NCBI GenBank assembly: GCA_963797685.1
Contig: CAWCQK010000004.1
Coordinates: forward strand, 2,444 to 66,443
Direction: 5' to 3'
Source: an uncultured Chloroflexia bacterium
GTDB lineage: Bacteria; Chloroflexota; Limnocylindria; Limnocylindrales; CSP1-4
Length of the DNA: 64,000 bases
Shown here: positions 48,333 to 55,005 of the stretch, piece by piece
Layout: each line of letters opens with the position of its first letter
Numbering within the stretch: position 1 is the first letter of the stretch
Notes under the pieces: generated by a model
Databases searched by the model: none
What the model was told of the DNA's origin: nothing
The model's input: the letters and a program-made list of their open reading frames with translations, nothing else
Program-made: the position numbers and the translations under genes

Positions 48333-49295
48333 GTGAGCCATGCGAACCGCGGGAAGGCGCGTGCGACCCGTGACCTCATCGTGAACAAGGACACCAAAGC
48401 CCCGGATTCGGGCGAGCCGCCGAGCGCATTCTGCCCGCGTTGCCTGCGGCGGAGCGACCCGTCCGCGCTCGATGGCGGGGTCGGGCTGTGCTACTGCTCT
48501 GAATGCAGCCGGTATGCCTGCCGTTGGTGCTGGACGGATGCCGCCGGCGCATGTCCCGCCTGCGCCGCCGTCTTCCCCATCGTCGTTGCGCGACCCAGGA
48601 GCGTTCGATGGGCGATGGCCGCGGTGCTGCGCCGATTCGAGCTGCGGCGTTCGGTCGCGGCGGGTGCCCTGATCATGGTCGCGATCGTGCTGGCGCTGAC
48701 GGTCGGGGGTGCGTTCCGCCCGGTCGGTGGGGTCGAAGGCACGGTCTACGTCCCGCCATCCGAGACGCCCGCCGGTACGGAGTCCCCCACGTTCTCGGGG
48801 AATGACCCGGCCTCCGTCCAGCCCACCACAGGTCCGACAGCGACCGCGACGTCGACCGCCGCGGGTACCCAGGCGACGGGTCAACCAGGCGGCCAGACGA
48901 TCTCCGGGCAAACGGTGGGCTCGACGCCCACGCCGACCCTGACCCCGACGGCAGGCCCCCGCCGGCCGCCGACGCCGACCCCGCCCGTGATCCCGACGCC
49001 GACGCCGATCGCGACACCGACCGCTGCCCCGACGCCGACTCCGACTCCGGCGCCGACGCCCACTCCGACCCCGGCGCCGACCCCGACTCCAGCACCGACC
49101 CCGACGCCTCCCACCTGCAAGACAGTGCCGAACATGGTCGGCAAGGCGATCAATGTCGCCCGGACCGCCTGGACGTCGGCCGGCTTCACTGGAACGTTCA
49201 CGGTCCAGGGAAAGGGCCCGAAGGTCCAGACGCAGGATCAGACGGCCGGTGCGTGCCTGCCGGCGAACACCAGCGTCGTCGTGACCGCAGGCTAA
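48333..49295 (+). CDS. zinc-ribbon / single-TM / Pro-Thr-rich linker / C-terminal PASTA-like domain protein
   Basis: Cys clusters FCPRC...CYCSEC...CRWC...CPAC. TM helix AAGALIMVAIVLALTVGGAF. About 110 aa of Pro/Thr/Ala-rich low-complexity linker. C-terminus VPNMVGKAINVARTAWTSAGFTG...VQTQDQTAGACLPANTSVVVTAG fits the PASTA pattern. Confidence 0.7.
   Translation: MSHANRGKARATRDLIVNKDTKAPDSGEPPSAFCPRCLRRSDPSALDGGVGLCYCSECSRYACRWCWTDAAGACPACAAVFPIVVARPRSVRWAMAAVLRRFELRRSVAAGALIMVAIVLALTVGGAFRPVGGVEGTVYVPPSETPAGTESPTFSGNDPASVQPTTGPTATATSTAAGTQATGQPGGQTISGQTVGSTPTPTLTPTAGPRRPPTPTPPVIPTPTPIATPTAAPTPTPTPAPTPTPTPAPTPTPAPTPTPPTCKTVPNMVGKAINVARTAWTSAGFTGTFTVQGKGPKVQTQDQTAGACLPANTSVVVTAG
48921..49113 (+). 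repeat. coding low-complexity (ACN-CCN)n tract encoding the PT/PA-rich linker
   Basis: Degenerate ccgacgccgac / ccgaccccggcg units repeated about 15 times, all in frame within the 48333..49295 CDS. Confidence 0.8.
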
Positions 49296-49302
49296 GCGCC
49301 GG

Positions 49303-49764
49303 TCACTTCTCGGGATCGAGCGTCAGCGAAGCCGAGTTGATGCAGTAGCGCAGGCCGGTCGGGTTGGGCCCGTCATCGAAGACGTGGCCGAGATGCCCGC
49401 CGCAGGCCGCGCACATCGCCTCGGTCCTGGTCATGAACAGGGAGCGGTCCTTCTCTGTGGCGACAGCGGCCGGATCGGCCGGGGCGAAGAAGCTCGGCCA
49501 GCCCGTGCCCGACTCGAACTTCGTCTCCGAGCGAAAGAGCTCGGCGCCGCAGCCGGCGCAACGGTACGTGCCGGCGCGATGCTCGTCCCACAGGGCGCCG
49601 GTGAAGGCGCGTTCGGTGCCCTTGTGGCGAAGGACCCGGTACTGCTCGGGAGTGAGGCTGGCGCGCCATTCGGCGTCGGTCCGGTTCGGGTTCGATGGGG
49701 TGGGGGATGGCTGGGCGTTCGGCTGGGTGGAGGTCTGGGCAGGGGTCGTTTCGATGTCACTCAT
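49303..49764 (-). CDS. msrB: peptide-methionine (R)-S-oxide reductase
   Basis: CxxC zinc pairs ([23 protein letters not shown]), GWPSF, and catalytic RYCINSASL. Confidence 0.93.
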   Translation of the reverse strand: MSDIETTPAQTSTQPNAQPSPTPSNPNRTDAEWRASLTPEQYRVLRHKGTERAFTGALWDEHRAGTYRCAGCGAELFRSETKFESGTGWPSFFAPADPAAVATEKDRSLFMTRTEAMCAACGGHLGHVFDDGPNPTGLRYCINSASLTLDPEK

Positions 49765-49835
49765 GTCGAAAGATTACGTCCGGTTCGTGTCGGGCGGATG
49801 ACATCACCGTCCGCCAACGCGCTACCGTGACGGCC

Positions 49836-50294
49836 ATGTCCGACCTATTCGTCCCGCCCGATTTCGAGCCGCCACTCACCCTCGATCAGCCGGAGTTCGA
49901 GCTTCGACCGCTCGGTCCCGAGCACAACGACAGTGACTTCGCCGCGTGGACCTCGAGCATCGAGCACATCCGCGCCACGCCGGGCTACGGCACCGACTCC
50001 TGGCCGCGGCCGATGACGCTCGAGGAGAACCACGGCGACCTCGTCCGCCACGCCGCTGACTTCGCGGCGCGCATCGGGTTCACCTACACCGTTCTCCGGC
50101 CGGGGACCGAGACCGTGATCGGCTGCGTCTACATCTACCCGAGCCGGACACCCGACCACGACGTTCGGGTCCGCTCGTGGGTCCGTGCAGCGGACGCGAA
50201 GCTCGACGCGGTCTTGTATCGGGCGGTCGTCGCGTGGCTCGCGGCCGGCTGGCCGTTCGAGCGGATCGACTACGCGGCGCGGTCCGCAGACTAG
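49836..50294 (+). CDS. GNAT-like N-acetyltransferase family protein
   Basis: 152 aa. LRPLGPEH...AAWTSSIEHIRATPGY...WP.PMTLEEN..DL..HA.DF....GFTYTVL....VIGCVYIYP is a recurrent actinobacterial GNAT-annotated family. Confidence 0.6.
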   Translation: MSDLFVPPDFEPPLTLDQPEFELRPLGPEHNDSDFAAWTSSIEHIRATPGYGTDSWPRPMTLEENHGDLVRHAADFAARIGFTYTVLRPGTETVIGCVYIYPSRTPDHDVRVRSWVRAADAKLDAVLYRAVVAWLAAGWPFERIDYAARSAD

Positions 50295-50313
50295 CCTCGC
50301 GGAGGCCGAGCTC

Positions 50314-50718
50314 CTAGCGGGCCAGGCGCTCCCAGTCGACCCAATGCGTGCCATCCCACCAGCGGTGCCAGGTCATGCCATCCCGGCCGGCCGCCCAGAC
50401 GTCGATCCGGTCGGCGCTCCAGGACGAGGCCGCCGGGTCCCCCGCCAGCTCGCCGCCGAGCAATTCCCAGGGGTGCCACGACATGCCGTCCCAGTAGCGG
50501 TTCCACAGGGCGCCGTCGGGGAAGATGGCGAACACCTGGAGCTGGTCGGCGGCCCAGGCCGTCGCGGCCGGGGCAGAAGCGAGCGTCCCGCCGAGCGATC
50601 CAGGCTCGTCCCATGCGCCGTCGTGGAACGAACGATGGGTGAGCGCCATATCAGCGCCCACCCAGAAGAGGTCGATGCGGTCATCCCCCCAGGACACCGC
50701 CGCGGTCCCGTCGGTCAT
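50314..50718 (-). CDS. three-repeat beta-propeller blade protein, RSL/AAL fucose-lectin-like (DUF346/PLL-like)
   Basis: Three roughly 45-aa repeats: VSWGDDRIDLFWV..ALTHRSFHDGAWDEP, TAWAADQLQVFAI..ALWNRYWDGMSWHPW, SSWSADRIDVWAA..MTWHRWWDGTHWVDW. The same S-W-x(3-4)-I-x-V-[FYW] ... W-D-G-x-x-W spacing occurs in the Ralstonia RSL blades. No signal peptide. Confidence 0.65.
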   Translation of the reverse strand: MTDGTAAVSWGDDRIDLFWVGADMALTHRSFHDGAWDEPGSLGGTLASAPAATAWAADQLQVFAIFPDGALWNRYWDGMSWHPWELLGGELAGDPAASSWSADRIDVWAAGRDGMTWHRWWDGTHWVDWERLAR

Positions 50719-50745
50719 CTCGTGCCTCCCGTCTGTCGGTGGAGG

Positions 50746-50985
50746 CTACTCCGACGAGGCGAGTGCCCGTCCGATGTCGTCGGCAACGCATGCGTCGAGT
50801 CGACGCGCAGCGGCTGCCGAGCCGCGGCTCAGCGCGGCGAGCACCAGGGCGGCCGAGCGGCGGACCCCGGACGATCCAGCTTCGCGCGTGGCGCGGAACT
50901 CCGCCAGCAGACGGTGCTCTTCGGATTCGAGCTCATGGAAGCGATCGCGTTGGACCGCCTGGCTGTACAGGAAAAAGGGATGCAT
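50746..50985 (-). CDS. hypothetical 79-aa helical protein
   Basis: ORF with a G-rich SD-like sequence (GAGGGGGGG) upstream. It starts 21 nt after the small membrane ORF and ends 27 nt before the lectin-like gene. No family recognised. Confidence 0.45.
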   Translation of the reverse strand: MHPFFLYSQAVQRDRFHELESEEHRLLAEFRATREAGSSGVRRSAALVLAALSRGSAAAARRLDACVADDIGRALASSE

Positions 50986-51006
50986 GAGGTTGGGCCCCCC
51001 TCGAGG

Positions 51007-51123
51007 TCAGTGATGGTGCTCTTGCGGGAAATACTCGCGCGTGTCCGCGCCCCAGCGCATCGCGGCGAGGTCGAACGCGACGAATGCGATCAGCACGATG
51101 GCGATCACGATCAGGATGCCCAT
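51007..51123 (-). CDS. small membrane protein, 38 aa (below the ORF-track length cut-off)
   Basis: Hand translation gives MGILIVIAIVLIAFVAFDLAAMRWGADTREYFPQEHHH*. AAGGAG lies 8 nt upstream of ATG 51123. It encodes one hydrophobic helix and a polar tail, and is first in the minus-strand series leading to the lectin-like gene. Confidence 0.6.
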   Translation of the reverse strand: MGILIVIAIVLIAFVAFDLAAMRWGADTREYFPQEHHH

Positions 51124-51138
51124 TGTCACGTCTCCTTG

Positions 51139-51224
51139 CTAACCTATCTGCACTGCCTAATCGGTTACTGCCGTAATGTAGCCCCTTGCGCGTAACCTGT
51201 CAATGGTTGTAAGGTGGTTACTGC
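51139..51224. promoter_or_regulatory. AT-rich divergent control region with four GGTTA(C/G) half-sites, including a 9-mer GGTTACTGC direct repeat
   Basis: Read directly: cTAACC (51139-51144), GGTTACTGC (51163-51171), GTAACC (51192-51197), GGTTACTGC (51216-51224). Confidence 0.45.
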
Positions 51225-51225
51225 G

Positions 51226-51891
51226 ATGAATATCCAATTTGTCAACGAGCCGCGTCGTGGCCACGCTCATGACGTCGACCTCGAGGACACCTTCGACTTC
51301 CTGAACACCGACGACACCGACAATGGTTTCCCCGTCGAGAAGCTGCCGACCCTCGACAGCGCCCTTGGCTGGTTCGTCGATCGGGGCGTCATCCACACCG
51401 ACGGCGCCGATCGCGTCCGCGCCCAGGCGGCGGCCCAGGGATCGCTCGAGGCGAGCGAGCTCGCCCGGGTCCACCGGGTCCGCTCCGCCCTGCGGGACGT
51501 CGCCCATGCGATCTCGGAGCACCGTGCGCCCGACATCGGCTCGCTCGAGACGATCAATCGGGCTCTCCACGCCCGGCAGATCATCGAGCTCGTTCCGGCG
51601 CCGGACGGCTGTAGCGTCGACCACCGCCATGTCGGCGACCCGATCGACGACGCACTGGCGCGGCTGACCGAGCCGCTCGTGCTCGAGCTGACCGAGGGGC
51701 ACCCCGAGCGGATCAAGACATGCGCGAGCGACACCTGCGACTGGATCTTCTACGACGCATCACGGACGAGCCGTCGTCGCTGGTGCGATATGGCGACCTG
51801 CGGCAATCGCGCCAAGGCCGCGCGGCATCGCGCCAAGGAGCGCGCGGAGCAGGCTGAACCCGCCGGGGATTCCCAGCAGCTCCAGGCCTGA
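51226..51891 (+). CDS. CGNR zinc-finger (ABATE + zf-CGNR) putative regulator
   Basis: C-terminal CASDTCDWIFYDASRTSRRRWCDMATCGNRAKAARHRAK is the CGNR zinc-finger signature. AAGGTGG lies 8 nt before ATG 51226. GTG 51214 is an alternative start. Confidence 0.88.
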   Translation: MNIQFVNEPRRGHAHDVDLEDTFDFLNTDDTDNGFPVEKLPTLDSALGWFVDRGVIHTDGADRVRAQAAAQGSLEASELARVHRVRSALRDVAHAISEHRAPDIGSLETINRALHARQIIELVPAPDGCSVDHRHVGDPIDDALARLTEPLVLELTEGHPERIKTCASDTCDWIFYDASRTSRRRWCDMATCGNRAKAARHRAKERAEQAEPAGDSQQLQA

Positions 51892-51894
51892 GGC

Positions 51895-52833
51895 TTACTC
51901 GGCGCTCGGCACCTGCGCGAGCACCGACTGGATCGCCTGGACGGCGCCCATCAGGGCCGCCGACTCGGCCGGGATCACGATCTTGGTGTTCGGGCTCAGC
52001 GCGAACTTGCTCAGCGTATCGAGCTGGAGGATGGCGACCAGCGTCGGGTTCGGGTTCTGGGCGGTGATCGCGCTGTAGACGATCTCGATCGCCCGGGCGC
52101 GCCCTTCCCCTTCGAGGATCGCGGCCTGCCGGTTGCCCTCGGCGATGAGGATGGCCGCCTGTCGCTCGCCCTCGGCGCTCTTGATCGCCGCCTGTCGGTC
52201 GCCGTCGGCCACGTTGACCGCGGACTGCTGGATGCCTTCCGACTGGAGGATCTTGGCCCGCTTCTCCTGGTCGGCCTGCTTCTGGAGCGCGAGGGCCTGC
52301 AGGATCTGCGGCGGCGGGGTGATCTCGACGATCTCGATCCGGTTGATCCGGATGCCCCACTTGTCGGTGACCGCCTCCATCTGCTGCTGGACGTCGACGT
52401 TGATCCGTTCTCGCTCGGACAGCGCCTCGTCGAGCGAGAGCGTGCCGATGACCGAGCGGAGGGCGGTCCGGGCCAGCGCGTCGATGGCGACGTCGAAGTT
52501 GGCGATCGAGAAGAGCGCCTGCTTGGCGTCGACCACCTGGGTGAAGATCGTGGCGTTGACCGACACGACCACGTTGTCCTTGGTGATGACCTCCTGGCGA
52601 TCGCCGGGACGCGGGTACTCGCGCATGTCGACGCTGACGAGCTTGTCGATGAACGGCGCGATGATCGCCAGGCCGGGCTCGTGGATCGCCCGGAACTCAC
52701 CGAGCCTTGTGGTCACGCCGACGAACCCCTGCTGGACGAGGTTGACCGTGTTGCGCAGCAGGTAGAACGCGAACAGCACGAACAGGATGGCGATGATGAA
52801 CGCGACGACCAGGGGGATGAGGTCCCCATTCAT
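51895..52833 (-). CDS. SPFH/band-7 (stomatin-like, slipin) family protein
   Basis: N-terminal TM helix, SPFH core (GFVGVTTRLGEF...ITKDNV...), and a coiled Ala/Gln/Glu-rich C-terminus. Confidence 0.92.
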   Translation of the reverse strand: MNGDLIPLVVAFIIAILFVLFAFYLLRNTVNLVQQGFVGVTTRLGEFRAIHEPGLAIIAPFIDKLVSVDMREYPRPGDRQEVITKDNVVVSVNATIFTQVVDAKQALFSIANFDVAIDALARTALRSVIGTLSLDEALSERERINVDVQQQMEAVTDKWGIRINRIEIVEITPPPQILQALALQKQADQEKRAKILQSEGIQQSAVNVADGDRQAAIKSAEGERQAAILIAEGNRQAAILEGEGRARAIEIVYSAITAQNPNPTLVAILQLDTLSKFALSPNTKIVIPAESAALMGAVQAIQSVLAQVPSAE

Positions 52834-53306
52834 GTGACTGTCTCCGCTGCGGCCGGTGCGCCCGCGGGCCGGACCACGAGAGTCGTGCCGCGGACCGCGG
52901 TGACGACCACGGGCGCACCCGACGGGATGAGTAGGTGATCTGCCGAGAATGCGAGCCAGGTCTCGCCGGCCAGGCGGACATGGCCGGGATGGAGCTCATC
53001 GCCGATCTCGTCGAGTCCGAGTGCGCGTTGGCCGACGAACCCGCCATGGACACCCGGGGTGAGCGGCGGTTCGCCCTGCCGGCGAAGCCGCTGACGCAGG
53101 AACGGCCGTCCGACGACGACGCCCAGCATCGCGACCGCGATGGCGAGGACACACTGGATCCAGACCGCGCTGTCGGGGATGACGAAGGCCAGCAGGCCGG
53201 CCGCGAACGCACCCGCAGCGAGGAAGATCGAGAAGAACGTCGTGCTCGCCAGCTCGAGCACGAGCAGCGCCAGCGCTGCCACGAACCAGATCGCGTAGAT
53301 CGGCAT
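52830..53306 (-). CDS. NfeD family membrane protein
   Basis: Three N-terminal TM helices plus a C-terminal OB-like segment (GHVRLAGETWLAFSAD...VVVTAVRGTTLVV). It overlaps the downstream SPFH gene, the canonical pairing. Confidence 0.88.
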   Translation of the reverse strand: MPIYAIWFVAALALLVLELASTTFFSIFLAAGAFAAGLLAFVIPDSAVWIQCVLAIAVAMLGVVVGRPFLRQRLRRQGEPPLTPGVHGGFVGQRALGLDEIGDELHPGHVRLAGETWLAFSADHLLIPSGAPVVVTAVRGTTLVVRPAGAPAAAETVT

Positions 53307-53350
53307 GGCCGGAGTCTAGGACGTTCCCGTCACGCCGTCGTGACGTTGTG

Positions 53351-54289
53351 TCAGCGTCGGGCGAGGAGTGGCACGACCTCGGTGGCGAGGCGGGTCATGG
53401 TTTCCTCGTCGTGCGGGGACGGGAACCCGGCGATCAGGTGGCGGTAGCCGAGCTCGACGAACGGCGCCAGCCGCTCCGCGATGTCCTCGGGCGTGCCGAC
53501 CGGCTGGTCGATCCACTCGTCGGCGTGGCCGTTTCGCTCGAACATCGCTGCGTGGGCACGCTCTGCCTCGGCCCGCGAGTCGCGGATGATCACCGTCCCG
53601 ATCCCGGCCGTCCGCTCGATCTCGGCCGGGTCGCGCCCGACCGCGTCGCAATGCTCGAGCAGGATCGCCTCCTTGCGCCGGACGTTGTCGATGCCGCCGC
53701 CGACGTTGTTGGCGTCTGCGTAGCGCGCGACGAGCTTGAGCGTGACCCGCTCGCCGCCGCCGCCGACCAGCAGCGGGATCCGGTCCTGGATCGGCGGCGG
53801 ATCGTTTCGGACCGCCTTGGCCGTGTAGTGCGGGCCGGTCGCGCTCGGCCGCTCGTCGCCCAGCATCCCGCGCATGATCGGCAGCGCCTCACCGAGCCAG
53901 CGCAGTCGTTCCGGGAAGCCGCTGCCGAACGGGATCCCGAAGGCGACGTGCTCCTCCTCGAACCACGCGGCGCCGATGCCGAGTGTCGCCCGTCCGCCCG
54001 AGATGTGGTCGAGCGTCGTCGCCATCTTGGCGGTCAGCGTCGGCGTCCGGAACGTGTTGGCACCGACCATCAGCCCGATCCGGACGCGCTCGGTCGCCTG
54101 CGCCCAGGCGGCAAGCATCAGCCACGCCTCGAACATCGGGCCGTCGGAGCTGCCGACGATCGGGTACAGGTGGTCCCACGTCCAGAGCGAGTGGTATCCG
54201 AGCTCGTCAGCGCGACGGCCGGCGGCGAGCAGGTCGGGCCAGGTCGTGTACTGGTTCCAGCAGTTGGCCCCGAGCCGGATGTCGCTCAA
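53351..54289 (-). CDS. LLM-class F420-dependent oxidoreductase
   Basis: TTG 54289 with GGAG 6 nt upstream. The pattern GYHSLWTWDHL...IGLMVGANTFRTPTLTAKMATTLDHISGGRATLGIGAGW is typical of this class. Confidence 0.85.
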   Translation of the reverse strand: MSDIRLGANCWNQYTTWPDLLAAGRRADELGYHSLWTWDHLYPIVGSSDGPMFEAWLMLAAWAQATERVRIGLMVGANTFRTPTLTAKMATTLDHISGGRATLGIGAAWFEEEHVAFGIPFGSGFPERLRWLGEALPIMRGMLGDERPSATGPHYTAKAVRNDPPPIQDRIPLLVGGGGERVTLKLVARYADANNVGGGIDNVRRKEAILLEHCDAVGRDPAEIERTAGIGTVIIRDSRAEAERAHAAMFERNGHADEWIDQPVGTPEDIAERLAPFVELGYRHLIAGFPSPHDEETMTRLATEVVPLLARR

Positions 54290-55005
54290 TCGGCACTCCG
54301 TTTGACGATATCGACCGAAATCTCCACCGCTGGGATCCTCCCAGTGTTCTCGACCCAGTGCAGCGTGCTCCGATCCTCGGGCCAACCGACGCCCGGTCCG
54401 TAGTCAGTGGCGACGCCATCGCGATGGTCCGTGATCGTCCCCTGCAGGACGTACACGATGCCCGGCCGTTCGATGTGGTCGTGGACGGGGCCGATGGCGC
54501 CTCCCGGCTCGATGGTCACCATCCGTATCCGAAGTTCGCGTCCATCCATGCCTTCGATCTCGGGACCGAGGTCGACCGTCTTGAGCACCGTCGACGTCAC
54601 GCCCGTCGTCTCGGTCGGACCGGTCGATGCGACGCGGAATGCGAGCTGGCCCGCGACGACGTTGCGGACCCACGGAGCACCGGCGTCCTCGACCGAGCGG
54701 ACCTTGATGTGGCGGATGCGCTTGCCGGTGCCCTCGATGCGGCCATCGCGGTTCGGCAGGTCGACGCCGTCGGCGAGCTGCAGGTTGACGTGGGCCTTGT
54801 GCGGGATGATCGCGAACAGGAAGTCGCGCATCGAGCGACCGGTCCCGATCACGAGGATGCCGTCGCCGGCGTCGAACACCTCCGAGGCGCCCGGAAAGCC
54901 GTCGAGGACCGTCCGTCGCAGCGCCCGCGCGATGTCGGCGACGGCGGATGCGGTCGCATCGAGATGCCGGTCGAACGCGAGCGCGTCGGTCGTCGGCTCG
55001 GTCAT
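54286..55005 (-). CDS. DUF1801 (YdhG-like) domain fused to a cupin domain
   Basis: The N-terminal half ...HKAHVNLQLADGVDLPNRDGRIEGTGKRIRHIKV fits DUF1801. The C-terminal half EPGGAIGPVHDH...PGIVYVLQG...HWVEN fits cupin motifs. The ATG overlaps the leuS stop (ATGA). Confidence 0.7.
   Translation of the reverse strand: MTEPTTDALAFDRHLDATASAVADIARALRRTVLDGFPGASEVFDAGDGILVIGTGRSMRDFLFAIIPHKAHVNLQLADGVDLPNRDGRIEGTGKRIRHIKVRSVEDAGAPWVRNVVAGQLAFRVASTGPTETTGVTSTVLKTVDLGPEIEGMDGRELRIRMVTIEPGGAIGPVHDHIERPGIVYVLQGTITDHRDGVATDYGPGVGWPEDRSTLHWVENTGRIPAVEISVDIVKRSAD

Noticed and set aside
48921-49113. Short tandem repeats that could be mistaken for a CRISPR or other array
   Set aside because: The units are 6-12 nt, degenerate, have no spacers, and all lie in frame encoding a Pro/Thr/Ala linker inside a CDS.
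51895-53306. SPFH/NfeD pair as a novel system
   Set aside because: This is the canonical, widespread NfeD-stomatin operon with overlapping genes. Nothing atypical is seen in sequence or context.
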